Positions 33,675-42,752 of a stretch of DNA of 42,752 nt are shown here, piece after piece. The notes under the pieces were generated by a model that saw only the letters and a program-made list of their open reading frames with translations, made no database searches and had not been told where the DNA came from. Location: positions 1-42,752 of IMG/VR virus record IMGVR_UViG_3300033402_000023; one strand, 5' to 3'. The translations under genes and the position numbers were made by a program. This DNA is from a virus (taxonomy: Duplodnaviria > Caudoviricetes). How positions within the stretch are numbered: the stretch's first letter is position 1; each line of letters starts with the position of its first letter.

Positions 33675-34798
33675 TCGTCTATCCTCCATCCCTGCTGGCA
33701 GTGGGCGGCGCGCGCACCGGCATCGATCCGGTGAACCTGCTCGACGTGCAGGATGTGAATGGGAACTGTTATTACTGGAGCGACCGGCTCATCAAAAACG
33801 TGCCGACGGCGATTTCCTCCACGTCGTCCTCTTTGCCTTTCCCGATCACTCCTCCATCCCCTTTGGCTCCGGGACAATATGCCGCCTACGGGATTGGCGG
33901 AAATTTCAATCAATCGGTTGACGCGCCAAACCCGCTGGGAACTCAAACTGAAAGCGGCACTGTCGCTCTTGTCTTTCCCAGCGTGCCCCCGAACGCGACG
34001 ATTGTGGGGATTTATGAAGGCGTGGTTGGATCGATGACCAACAACGGCCTGGCCAGCGCCAATATTGAATTCATCAGCGACACGTATACCATCGACGATT
34101 CTTTTAGTGGCACGGCATGGGACCCGAATCCTATTCCTCTGCAGGCAAATAATGTCAACTTCTATCTCGGCGCGGGCACCTGGGAGGGAGAGGCAAAAGC
34201 ACAGATTAACGCCAATGTCGTAACCTGCATCATCTATACCGTTCCCGGCTCGGAATCGACAAACCCTTCTTTTCTGGAATATCTGCTCGACGGCGGACCC
34301 TATGTTCCCTGGCTTGTCGGCATTCCCGAGTTCAAATTCCATCGTTCCCTTCTCACGGATATCGGCTCATTTGTCATCCAGAATCTGAGTGGCGATACGC
34401 TCAGCCGCGACTTCGAGAAGATCGCCCGCAAATCCGCATTGGAGGGCGCTCTCTTTGTCTATCGGTGCTGGCAAGCCGATGCCATGGCTGCGTGGCTTGA
34501 GGTTCATGGCACTCTCACCGTTGAAGACATCGGCGTAGATACCGTGAAACTGAAAGGCTCTCAGCTCATCAATCCATCGCAGGATGATACGCCGCTGGAA
34601 ATCTATTGCGAGACCTGCCAACTGCAATGGGGCGGCGTGCGCTGCGGTTCCACTGAAACCACGGAATGCAATTACAGCTATCAGAGCTGCCAATCCCCGG
34701 CCCGCATCATGGTGGCAATGAATCACTACGAAACCAACTACGGCCAGAATCAGGCAAATACTGCGCTGAACGTCATCAACCGGAGAAGGGCGATCTGA
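33671..34798 (+). CDS. Tail tip protein (lambda gpL-like position, C-terminal Cys cluster)
   Basis: CETCQLQWGGVRC...C..SYQSC; GTGA overlap. Confidence 0.7.
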   Translation: MIVYPPSLLAVGGARTGIDPVNLLDVQDVNGNCYYWSDRLIKNVPTAISSTSSSLPFPITPPSPLAPGQYAAYGIGGNFNQSVDAPNPLGTQTESGTVALVFPSVPPNATIVGIYEGVVGSMTNNGLASANIEFISDTYTIDDSFSGTAWDPNPIPLQANNVNFYLGAGTWEGEAKAQINANVVTCIIYTVPGSESTNPSFLEYLLDGGPYVPWLVGIPEFKFHRSLLTDIGSFVIQNLSGDTLSRDFEKIARKSALEGALFVYRCWQADAMAAWLEVHGTLTVEDIGVDTVKLKGSQLINPSQDDTPLEIYCETCQLQWGGVRCGSTETTECNYSYQSCQSPARIMVAMNHYETNYGQNQANTALNVINRRRAI

Positions 34799-37700
34799 TG
34801 TCAAACGCCGCCACAACTCAGACCAGCTCGGCCAGCGAAACCACCGGCACTCCGATCCCGATCACCTATGGCTATGCCTGGGTGACGGGCAAGCGCCACG
34901 CCTATTACATGCTGCAAAATACCGGCGATTCGGTGAATGAATATCAGCGCCTGGGCATCTGGCTTCTGGGTCATGGCGAATGGGATGGGCCCATCTCTCT
35001 CTGGATCAACGATCTCATGGTCTGGAATGGCGGCAATGCGCCCGCGCAGCATCAGATACGGACCTACGGCTTCAACTGGCTGGCCGCGCTCGACGGCAAT
35101 CCCGAGGGTTTTGTTTTCAATTTTCATAGCGGTTGCGATACGCCGGTTGGCACCACATTATCTCCATCTTCAACAGGCCCGGATAACAACAATCTCGATG
35201 TGCTCTGGCCGCTGTTCCCGCCGGCGATCCAGCAGCTCGCTTTCTCGCGCATCGCCTACTACACGCTGATGCGCAAACAGCCGATCCAGAATCAGACCTC
35301 GAACAATGGCAACGATCCTTCGCAGTGGACCGATATTGCGCCTATTCTGCTTTGCCGCGCGCTGAGGTGCCGCCTCTTTGATGATGAGGGAAACCAGACC
35401 GGTTATGCCTTCACCACCAATCCCATCTGGCATTTCATCGATCTGATTCTGCGTCGCAAGCTCTTTCCCGATTATGGTCTCGTATATGACGTCGGTCCCG
35501 ATGGTCTCTCCGTCGCTGTTTCCAATCGCTTTGACTGGGGATCTCTTTATCTGGCCGCGCAATATTGCGATGAATTTCTAGCCAACGGAAGGCGGCGCTT
35601 CGAAGGCAATTATTCTTTTGCTCAACAGACGACTCTGCAAGCCTGCCTGGAGCAGATTCTCCTCAATTGCCGCGGCTTCCAGACGGAATATGCGGGCAAA
35701 ATCGGCGTGCAGATCGATATGCCGCGCTCCAGCGTTTTCACCTTCAGCCGCGCGCATATTTTGCCCGGCTCCTGGGAGGCGACCGATCAGCCTTTGAACA
35801 AAAGCGCTAACCGGTATCTCTCGCAATTCCGCGATCTGCTGGTTCCGCAGTGCAATACAATTCTATCGATCGAGAGCGGGCCGCTTCCCAGCGGGTGGAC
35901 AGTTGGCGGCTCGGGCAACTACCCCATTGTCACCACGTCGCTTCCTGGTTTAACCACTCCGGAACCGCATCCATTTCAAGCGAACGACTGGATTGCAATC
36001 GGCGGAACAAATTCTCCTTATGATGGCGTATGGCAAGTCTTCAGCGTTCCCTCCATCGTCAATCCTGGCGCAACTGACGAGATTGATCCGACTCAATTTG
36101 CGTTGGTTCCGCAGGGATCGAATTATCCGGCTAACGTGGGCAATGTAGGCGGTTGCGGGCTTCTCTATTCGCGCTTCAAGGAACGGACTCCGGAGTTCTG
36201 GCACAAAAACAATATGCTGGCTCGCGGCGCTCTGGGCTTAGGGATTCCCAGGCAGCGTCAGAAGGTGAAACAATCTCTCGATTTCGCCACAGCAACCTGG
36301 GATCAGGTCAGCCGCCTCACCTGCTATGAACGCGATCGCCTGCTGGGCGTTGATCAATCGCCTTATATCACTCCGCCCAACGTAAAGCTGCGCACCTCCA
36401 TGTTCGCGCGCGATATCTACGGCAATCTTGCCTGCGCCGTTCGCCCCGGAGATCACGTCACGCTCGACAATACAACCAACTTCCAATATGCCGGCGAATA
36501 CGAGGTGCTAGAGCCGCTCTCGTTCTTTCCTCCAACTGTGGATGCCTCAAGTCAGGGCGGAGAGATCGCGCGCAAGCCCGCTGAAAATAGCGGTGAAATT
36601 GAATTTGTGCTCGGTCCCTATGACGAAGCTGTGATGTACGATTCCAGCGATCCTACGCAGGCCGGATGGCCCGATGTGCCAGGAAGCGATCCCGGCAATA
36701 GCACTAACTTTACCGCAATCGCTTTGGCTAATGGCGGCCATTTTGTTTTCTTCAGCGGGCAGCTCAATAGCGGCCAGGCGTTTCAGTTGCCGTCCACGGG
36801 CATTCCGGTGGGGAATATGCTGGCCTGGGCCAGCGCTGCGGGCGCAAACATCACCGAGGGCTTGAATGATACGACTATCACCGGAGGCCACTCCGCGAGC
36901 GCAATCGTGCTCTGCGCGGCTTCGTCAACCTGCCTGCTGACCTTGAATTATCGCGATTGGGAAGGCCTGGAATGGATTGGAACTGTCAACTATGCGGTTC
37001 TCGCCTGGCTGAGTTCGGATACAACCACCAGCAGCGGCGGAATGACCTGGCTCGAATTGACGCTGGATGGCGGCGAAGTGATTCTCTTCGGTCAGGGAAT
37101 TCTTGCGGATGGCTCGACGATCACGCTTCCCGCGGGCTTCACGGCTGCGCAGTGCTTTGCCGTCGCCAATATGCATGATGGTCCCACATCCGGCAACAAT
37201 GTCGCGCATCTTATGGGCGCTTACGTCGATGCCGAGATGGTGGTGCATTACGATGTGACCGACGGTTCGGGAAATCACTGGCACGGAAATGCTCAGGTGC
37301 TCGTCTTCGCCTGGAAAAATAATATGGGCACCGTCACGACGCAGGCGCTCGGCGGCGGCAACTGGATGCAGATTCCGCTTTCCAACGGCACAATCTTCGG
37401 CGCGGGATGCGCGTTGAATATGGTCAATGGATCGACTCTGCAATTGCCTGCCGCTGCCGGGAATGGATCAACTCTTCAAATCAATATCGGTTCGCATAAT
37501 GGACTTCCTGAATCCGGCACCGATCACTGCCAGGGCGTGGGCGCCTGCTATCTCGATGCCGAGGATCAGGTTCACGTCTTCTTCCAGAATGGCTCTGGAA
37601 CTCAATGGCCCGGAACGGCAGATATCTTCGCCATCTATTGTGTGCCGTCTGCGGCTCCATCAACCCAGGTGCAGGTGACTCCCGCAACCGCAAGCATTCA

Positions 37701-38010
37701 GATCGGCAACACACAGGGATTTTCAGCCGCGGTTCTCAACAATGCGAATCCGAACGTGAAGTGGAGCGTGGATGGCATCGCCGGCGGCAATGTGACGGTG
37801 GGAACCATCAGCGCCTCCGGCCTCTATAACCCTCCAGATTCGATCGGCGCGCACACTATCACAGCCACAAGCATCGCGTCGCCATCTTGCTCGGGATCAG
37901 CCACCGTGACGATCTGGGGCACGGAGACGCCTAATTCCAGCGATTATCTGACCACCGGCGGCAACATCATCGATGTCAACGATAATCCGATTATTGTCGA
38001 GGAGGGATGA
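34798..38010 (+). CDS. Central tail tip/host-specificity protein with C-terminal Ig-like domain
   Basis: GTPIPITYG, FTTNPIW, AAQYCDE motifs; VQVTPATASI...VKWSV...GTISASGLY Ig fold. Confidence 0.85.
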   Translation: MSNAATTQTSSASETTGTPIPITYGYAWVTGKRHAYYMLQNTGDSVNEYQRLGIWLLGHGEWDGPISLWINDLMVWNGGNAPAQHQIRTYGFNWLAALDGNPEGFVFNFHSGCDTPVGTTLSPSSTGPDNNNLDVLWPLFPPAIQQLAFSRIAYYTLMRKQPIQNQTSNNGNDPSQWTDIAPILLCRALRCRLFDDEGNQTGYAFTTNPIWHFIDLILRRKLFPDYGLVYDVGPDGLSVAVSNRFDWGSLYLAAQYCDEFLANGRRRFEGNYSFAQQTTLQACLEQILLNCRGFQTEYAGKIGVQIDMPRSSVFTFSRAHILPGSWEATDQPLNKSANRYLSQFRDLLVPQCNTILSIESGPLPSGWTVGGSGNYPIVTTSLPGLTTPEPHPFQANDWIAIGGTNSPYDGVWQVFSVPSIVNPGATDEIDPTQFALVPQGSNYPANVGNVGGCGLLYSRFKERTPEFWHKNNMLARGALGLGIPRQRQKVKQSLDFATATWDQVSRLTCYERDRLLGVDQSPYITPPNVKLRTSMFARDIYGNLACAVRPGDHVTLDNTTNFQYAGEYEVLEPLSFFPPTVDASSQGGEIARKPAENSGEIEFVLGPYDEAVMYDSSDPTQAGWPDVPGSDPGNSTNFTAIALANGGHFVFFSGQLNSGQAFQLPSTGIPVGNMLAWASAAGANITEGLNDTTITGGHSASAIVLCAASSTCLLTLNYRDWEGLEWIGTVNYAVLAWLSSDTTTSSGGMTWLELTLDGGEVILFGQGILADGSTITLPAGFTAAQCFAVANMHDGPTSGNNVAHLMGAYVDAEMVVHYDVTDGSGNHWHGNAQVLVFAWKNNMGTVTTQALGGGNWMQIPLSNGTIFGAGCALNMVNGSTLQLPAAAGNGSTLQINIGSHNGLPESGTDHCQGVGACYLDAEDQVHVFFQNGSGTQWPGTADIFAIYCVPSAAPSTQVQVTPATASIQIGNTQGFSAAVLNNANPNVKWSVDGIAGGNVTVGTISASGLYNPPDSIGAHTITATSIASPSCSGSATVTIWGTETPNSSDYLTTGGNIIDVNDNPIIVEEG

Positions 38011-38357
38011 TGCAGATCGATCTGAGCACTGTGGTTGTCGAAGGCGCCTACGCGGCCCTTCCCGCATTTGGAATGCATGGCCGCGTTTACTACGCCACCG
38101 ACACAATGCAAATCTGGTATGATACCGGCTCCGCATGGGTCAACGTAACTCCGGTTCCGGTCAGCGTGGCGCTCGCTCCTTCAGCGCCGGGCAACTTCAC
38201 TCAAGCGCATGGCATGAGCCGCGCGCCGATCGCAGTGCTGATTTCCATGACTTCGGGGGGCGCCATCTGGCTTCAAAACCCCACTGGTTTTGACGCAACC
38301 AATCTTTATCTTGCGGCTTCGGATGCCGGAGTCACGGGCAATGCAATCTGCTTCTAA
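38007..38357 (+). CDS. Small tail fibre-related protein
   Basis: GRVYYATDT..IWYDTGSAW; AHGMSRAP. Confidence 0.7.
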   Translation: MMQIDLSTVVVEGAYAALPAFGMHGRVYYATDTMQIWYDTGSAWVNVTPVPVSVALAPSAPGNFTQAHGMSRAPIAVLISMTSGGAIWLQNPTGFDATNLYLAASDAGVTGNAICF

Positions 38358-38371
38358 ACCGGGAGGATAGG

Positions 38372-41209
38372 ATGAAAAAGCTCTTTGGAATTGGTTTATT
38401 GCTCATCTCGGCCATGGCCCTCTGCGCCCAGCAGCCGCAGTCGCAGCACGCGCCCATTTACCCGATCAATGCAAAATATGCGAATGGCGTCGCGCCTGGC
38501 TACTGGCCCACAGCCGGCTCGGGACTTACGCTCAATCTATCGGCAGGCACGGCGAACTGCGCCGGAACCATAGTAACTTATGCCGGCGGCACGCTGAGCA
38601 TGACGGCAAGCATAGAAAACTATGTTTACCTGAACACCAGCGCGAGCTGCGCGCCGGCGGTCAAAACGACGGCTTTCACATCGAGCGACATCCCGATCGC
38701 AACGGTGGTTGCGGGCACAAGCGCTATCACCAGCATCGCCGATGACCGCACTATGTTTCAGGAGAGCGTGACTGGAGGAGGCGGATCGAGCGGAGTCTCG
38801 CAGATCATCGCCGGAACCAACGTGACCATCTCGCCATCCGGCGGTACAGGCGCTGTTACGGTAAATGCCGGCGGCGGAAGCGGAGGAAACTCCGTATCCT
38901 ATAATCCATCCACCACGATGTATTATCTGGCGAGTTCCTCGATTCTGCTGGATGACAATCACAACATCAGTTCAGCGGTCGCGGCTGGCGCGTGGTCCTG
39001 CTCTGCAGGCGTATGCACGGTCAATACAACCTCGGCTCATGGCTACCAAACAGGTGATTGGGTATGCGTGAATCAATTGACGGGATGGCCCTCAGATTCA
39101 CAGACGCGAACCTATGTATCGATTTTTCCGATTACGGTCACCAGCACCACGCAATTCACCTTTTCAAGCACCAACACAGGCAGTGGATCTGGCGGCAATC
39201 TATATCTTTCAACTTATTGGGGCGCATATGAGACGGCAAATCAGCCATTTATTAAAGGGCATGGAACCTATACTCACTTCTTCACCACGGCCGCGAATTT
39301 AGCCACCAACTTCTCCAGCCTGGTCAATTGTTCCGCGGGCACTCCGAGTTATCTGATTCTGGAAGTGGGATTGAATGACATCATCTCGAATAGCCAGACG
39401 GCAGGCCAGGTTGAGACGTCGCTGCAATCGATTTGGCAGCAGGCGCACGCCGCGGGCTGTGTTGTCGTCGAGGGATCTCTGCTGAATACGCAGATCGGCA
39501 TCGATAGCTCAAGCTATTGGTCTACTGTCGGCCAGATAAATGAATGGATGGCTGAACAGGGTCCTACAGGATCGAATCGTTCGAACGGCCAATTCTGGGA
39601 TCGCTATATCGATTTCAATGCTTATGGAGGCTTATCCGGGCGCGTGGGAACCGATCCCTCGGGATCTGCCATCTTTGCGCAGCGAGTCAATGAGGCATTC
39701 GCCAGTCAAGGCAGCAGCATGAGCGGTCCGCCTCCAGTGTGGCAGCCGTGGACGAACAACAGCCTTGCTTTCAATATTCCAGAACCATATCCCGGTTTTG
39801 TGATGCTGGATGGTTACAATCCGGCCGTTCTCTTCAGCACCATTGGAACTTATGACGGCGGCAAGCCACGAATCGAGGTCCATGCGCCGAATACGGCCTA
39901 TGGAAACGGAGAGGCGGTCGATCAACTCTTTGATTTTGGGTTTGGAACTAATATGTACGGATGCAGCAGGATGGGGAATTCAAATGAATCTGTGGGTGAT
40001 GATTCATTCCGTATTTGCTACACGCAGGTTTCTCTCTCCTCCCTAAACAATTATTGGTCGCTTCAGTCGAACTACACCAACTACAACAGTTGGAATACGT
40101 GGATCAAAGTCTTTATGAATGGGGCGATTCAGTTCCCTCTGCTCGTCGCTTCCAGCGGCACGCAGCCTTTAGTGGTGGATACCTCGGGAAACGTGTCAGT
40201 AGGAACGAATAGCAGCGGCCTTTCCGGGATGACGGCCGGGCAGGTGCCGATCGCGGCCACGGCCAGTACGGTGACGAGCAGCAAGCCGTTGGCGGGCAGC
40301 GGCGCGGGAATTGTAACGGGGCCTATATCATCGACAACTGCGGGCGATATTGTGACTTACGCAGACGCATATGGCACGATGCAGGATGGCGGAGCCGCCC
40401 CAGTTGCCAGCGTGACAGGAACCAGCCCAATTGTGGCGACGAAAACAGGGTCGACGGTGGCGATTTCTTGCCCTACCTGTTCGGTTTCCTCTGGAGGAAC
40501 GGCTGTCAGCATCAATGGAGGAACGGCGCTGGGAAGCCTGAATCTGACCGGCTCGATTCCCATAACCTGCTCAGATACCTCTGGCAGCGGCACGGCACAG
40601 AGCTGCACGACGACGCCCAGCTTTACGCCAACGGCGGGGAACTGCATCACCTATTTGACCACGACAGCGAATTCAGGGACGGCGCTGACTATCAACGTGA
40701 ACTCATCGGCGGCTGACTCCGTTGCAAAATGGGCGGGCTCTGCAACCACGCTGGCAGCCGGCGATATCCCGGCCAACAAACCTGTCCCGATGTGCTTTGA
40801 CGCGGCAGGAAATTGGGATGTGATGACCATCGGGAATGCGCCAAGCGGTGGAAGTATCTCTTCGCAATATAAAACATTTTCCTGTGAACCGGGGCTGGGC
40901 GATGGAACCAACGCGATCACTGCGGCTACTTATCATCAGACTACCTGCTATAACAACAGCGGCGCGACATGGACAATCACTGCAATTGAGTGCTACACGG
41001 ACAATTCCGGTTCAAGCACAATCGCCGTAGCCGATAACTCCAGCAATAATCTGCTTTCAGCTTCCACACTGACCTGCTCCGCGACTCCGGCCTCGGGCAC
41101 CGTGAACAGCAGCCACTATACCATCTCGAACGGAGGCTGGATCAAATTCACCTTTGTTGCAGATGGCGCCACCACACAAACCACATGGATTATATCGGGG
41201 ACATATTGA
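38372..41209 (+). CDS. Mosaic tail fibre/receptor-binding-like protein with signal peptide and SGNH-like domain
   Basis: MKKLFGIGLLLISAMALCA-QQ; GVSQIIAGTNVTIS motif; ILEVGLND block; many Cys pairs. Confidence 0.8.
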   Translation: MKKLFGIGLLLISAMALCAQQPQSQHAPIYPINAKYANGVAPGYWPTAGSGLTLNLSAGTANCAGTIVTYAGGTLSMTASIENYVYLNTSASCAPAVKTTAFTSSDIPIATVVAGTSAITSIADDRTMFQESVTGGGGSSGVSQIIAGTNVTISPSGGTGAVTVNAGGGSGGNSVSYNPSTTMYYLASSSILLDDNHNISSAVAAGAWSCSAGVCTVNTTSAHGYQTGDWVCVNQLTGWPSDSQTRTYVSIFPITVTSTTQFTFSSTNTGSGSGGNLYLSTYWGAYETANQPFIKGHGTYTHFFTTAANLATNFSSLVNCSAGTPSYLILEVGLNDIISNSQTAGQVETSLQSIWQQAHAAGCVVVEGSLLNTQIGIDSSSYWSTVGQINEWMAEQGPTGSNRSNGQFWDRYIDFNAYGGLSGRVGTDPSGSAIFAQRVNEAFASQGSSMSGPPPVWQPWTNNSLAFNIPEPYPGFVMLDGYNPAVLFSTIGTYDGGKPRIEVHAPNTAYGNGEAVDQLFDFGFGTNMYGCSRMGNSNESVGDDSFRICYTQVSLSSLNNYWSLQSNYTNYNSWNTWIKVFMNGAIQFPLLVASSGTQPLVVDTSGNVSVGTNSSGLSGMTAGQVPIAATASTVTSSKPLAGSGAGIVTGPISSTTAGDIVTYADAYGTMQDGGAAPVASVTGTSPIVATKTGSTVAISCPTCSVSSGGTAVSINGGTALGSLNLTGSIPITCSDTSGSGTAQSCTTTPSFTPTAGNCITYLTTTANSGTALTINVNSSAADSVAKWAGSATTLAAGDIPANKPVPMCFDAAGNWDVMTIGNAPSGGSISSQYKTFSCEPGLGDGTNAITAATYHQTTCYNNSGATWTITAIECYTDNSGSSTIAVADNSSNNLLSASTLTCSATPASGTVNSSHYTISNGGWIKFTFVADGATTQTTWIISGTY

Positions 41210-41210
41210 C

Positions 41211-42257
41211 ATGAAAAAAATCTTCACGCTCTTCGCGTTCCTTCCCTTGCTGGCGGCGAGTCAGCAAGTAATGACCGGGAATCACCGGCACACGATCCAC
41301 TCTACCGCGCCATCATGCAGTGCCGCGCTATGCGCGTGTGTAACGGTGGGTTTGCAATTACGCGAGTTTTGCACATCCAGCAGGACGTGGAGCGCAACAA
41401 CGAATGGCGCAAACATCACCGTGGAGGCAATTGGCGGCGGCGGCGGCGGTAATGGCGGGAACAGTTCCTATGGTTCTGGCGGTGGCGGCGGTGAATATGC
41501 CAGTGCTTCAATAGCCTATATTTCTGGCGCAAACATCACCATCACAGTCGGCGCCGGGGGCGCCGCGAGCAGTGGGAACACAGGCAATAATGGAGGAGCA
41601 AGTTCCTTTGGGTCGTCTGTGATTGCCAATGGCGGAGCTGGTGCCACAAACACCAGCACGGCAGCAGCAGGAGGCACGGGCGGGACAGGAACCACCCTTC
41701 ATGATGGCGGGGCTTCCGGCACACCAGGGCCCCACACTGCCTTTTCAGGAGGCGGAGGCGCGGCCGGACCAAACGGCGCTGGTGCTGCAGGCGGAGCAGC
41801 AAATACAACAGCTTCACATACAGGCGCCGGAGGCGGAGGAGGATCTGGCGGCGGGTCTGCGGGTATATCCCCTGGCGGCGGCAATGCTGGCGCGGCTGGC
41901 GGCGCTAACTATACTGCATCGGTGGCTGGAGGAGCCGGAGATACAGGATCTGGAGCAGGGGCCGGCGGAGGCGATGTGAATGGAGCCTCGGGCGGTGGCG
42001 GCGGCGGCGTTATCGCCGCCGGAAATACCGGCGATCCGGGTGGAATAGGAGGAGCAGGGAAAGAATGGGGAGGATATGGATCTGGTGGGGGCGGCGGCGG
42101 TGGCGGCGGCGCTCTCTCTAGCGCAGCAGCCGCAAATGGCGGCACAGGAGGACTTTATGGAGGTGGAGGAGGATCTGGCGGCTATACCACTGGTAGCTCA
42201 TCTGGGCAAGGAGGCGCCGGTAGCCCAGGCATTGTAGTGATCACTTATACTCCATAG
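41211..42257 (+). CDS. Glycine-rich tail-associated protein with signal peptide
   Basis: MKKIFTLFAFLPLLAAS-QQ; VEAIGGGGGG...ITVGAGG...GSPGIVVITY. Confidence 0.85.
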   Translation: MKKIFTLFAFLPLLAASQQVMTGNHRHTIHSTAPSCSAALCACVTVGLQLREFCTSSRTWSATTNGANITVEAIGGGGGGNGGNSSYGSGGGGGEYASASIAYISGANITITVGAGGAASSGNTGNNGGASSFGSSVIANGGAGATNTSTAAAGGTGGTGTTLHDGGASGTPGPHTAFSGGGGAAGPNGAGAAGGAANTTASHTGAGGGGGSGGGSAGISPGGGNAGAAGGANYTASVAGGAGDTGSGAGAGGGDVNGASGGGGGGVIAAGNTGDPGGIGGAGKEWGGYGSGGGGGGGGGALSSAAAANGGTGGLYGGGGGSGGYTTGSSSGQGGAGSPGIVVITYTP

Positions 42258-42553
42258 GGGCCTCGCCATGGGTGGAATATGGAACCCTTCTACTCAAACG
42301 GCAATTACGTCGATCTCTTTGATCTGCGGTAACTGAACCGCTGGCGATGAAATCATGACTTATGCAAGCAACTAACTCGTCAACTGGCACATTGCGATTT
42401 GAATATATAGTAAAAACACCATGATGCCGTGGCTTATGAGAATCGTATTTTGCAGGGTTTTATATCTGATGTTGTTCAATGCCTTAAGGGGGAATAAATT
42501 GAGACAGAAAAAGGTCTCAAAAACCGCTTTTTTGGGAATATATAGATTTTCAT

Positions 42554-42626
42554 ATTCTCCAAATTAAATTACAGTATACTGTAACGCAATTTGGAGATTC
42601 ACTGTAACGCAATTTGGCGAGCCACA
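42554..42626. repeat. Right end transposase-binding sites R3 (inverted), R2, R1
   Basis: R3 at 42554-42576 sits head-to-head with two tandem ACTGTAACGCAATTTGG copies; Mu R3 is also inverted relative to R1/R2. Confidence 0.9.
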
Positions 42627-42631
42627 GCTTG
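42627..42631 (+). repeat. Right target-site duplication GCTTG
   Basis: Identical to 123-127, directly after the CA terminus. Confidence 0.95.
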
Positions 42632-42657
42632 ACTCAGATGCGGCAATGCCGCATAAT
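42629..42657 (+). promoter_or_regulatory. Host sigma70 promoter with palindromic operator
   Basis: TTGACT, 17 nt, CATAAT; ATGCGGC-AAT-GCCGCAT palindrome at 42638-42654. Confidence 0.8.
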
Positions 42658-42675
42658 CTCTTTGTGAATAAGCCC

Positions 42676-42752
42676 ATGCTGACGGTCGTTGAGACCAGCA
42701 TCTTCATTCGCAGGGCGGAGAAGCTGCTTTCCGCCGAGGAGCATGAGGAGTT
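42676..42752 (+). CDS. Host RelE/HigB-like type II toxin, 5' fragment
   Basis: MLTVVETSIFIRRAEKLLSAEEHEE resembles a RelE/HigB-2 N-terminus; autoregulatory palindrome upstream; truncated by the window edge. Confidence 0.7.
   Translation, partial: MLTVVETSIFIRRAEKLLSAEEHEE

Larger units (their letters stand above)
128..42626. mobile_element. Complete Mu-like transposable prophage (siphovirus-type tail, B3-like gene order)
   Basis: Starts TGTG and ends CACA; imperfect 25-bp terminal inverted repeats; 5-bp TSD GCTTG on both sides; DDE transposase, MuB-like ATPase, Mu-type head genes. Confidence 0.97.

Noticed and set aside
38372-42550. Mu-type invertible G segment, gin and mom
   Set aside because: No serine invertase, no inverted fibre gene set and no mom-like ORF.

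Overview
The window is almost entirely one complete Mu-like (transposable) prophage, 128..42626. It has TG...CA termini, Mu-type transposase-binding end repeats and an exact 5-bp target duplication (GCTTG at 123-127 and 42627-42631). The layout is B3/BcepMu-like: a leftward early operon (Ner/Cro-like HTH, J-domain protein, DDE transposase A, AAA+ B, many small genes, GemA-like, HTH), a central repressor, and rightward lysis, head and non-contractile tail genes. An Acidobacteriota host is inferred from protein families and flanking repeats, not proven. The most unusual signal is a 198-bp tandem duplication in the early operon enclosing a 69-bp exact copy of part of a small Sm/Hfq-like phage gene 6.7 kb away, oriented so that the early mRNA is antisense to that gene. 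Other points of interest are Cys-rich tail-end proteins with Sec-type signal peptides, two late promoters with identical spacing and no Mor/C gene, a phage pseudo-receiver protein, a C7-tract frameshifted gene and structured intergenic RNAs. All calls come from reading motifs by eye; no database searches were run.
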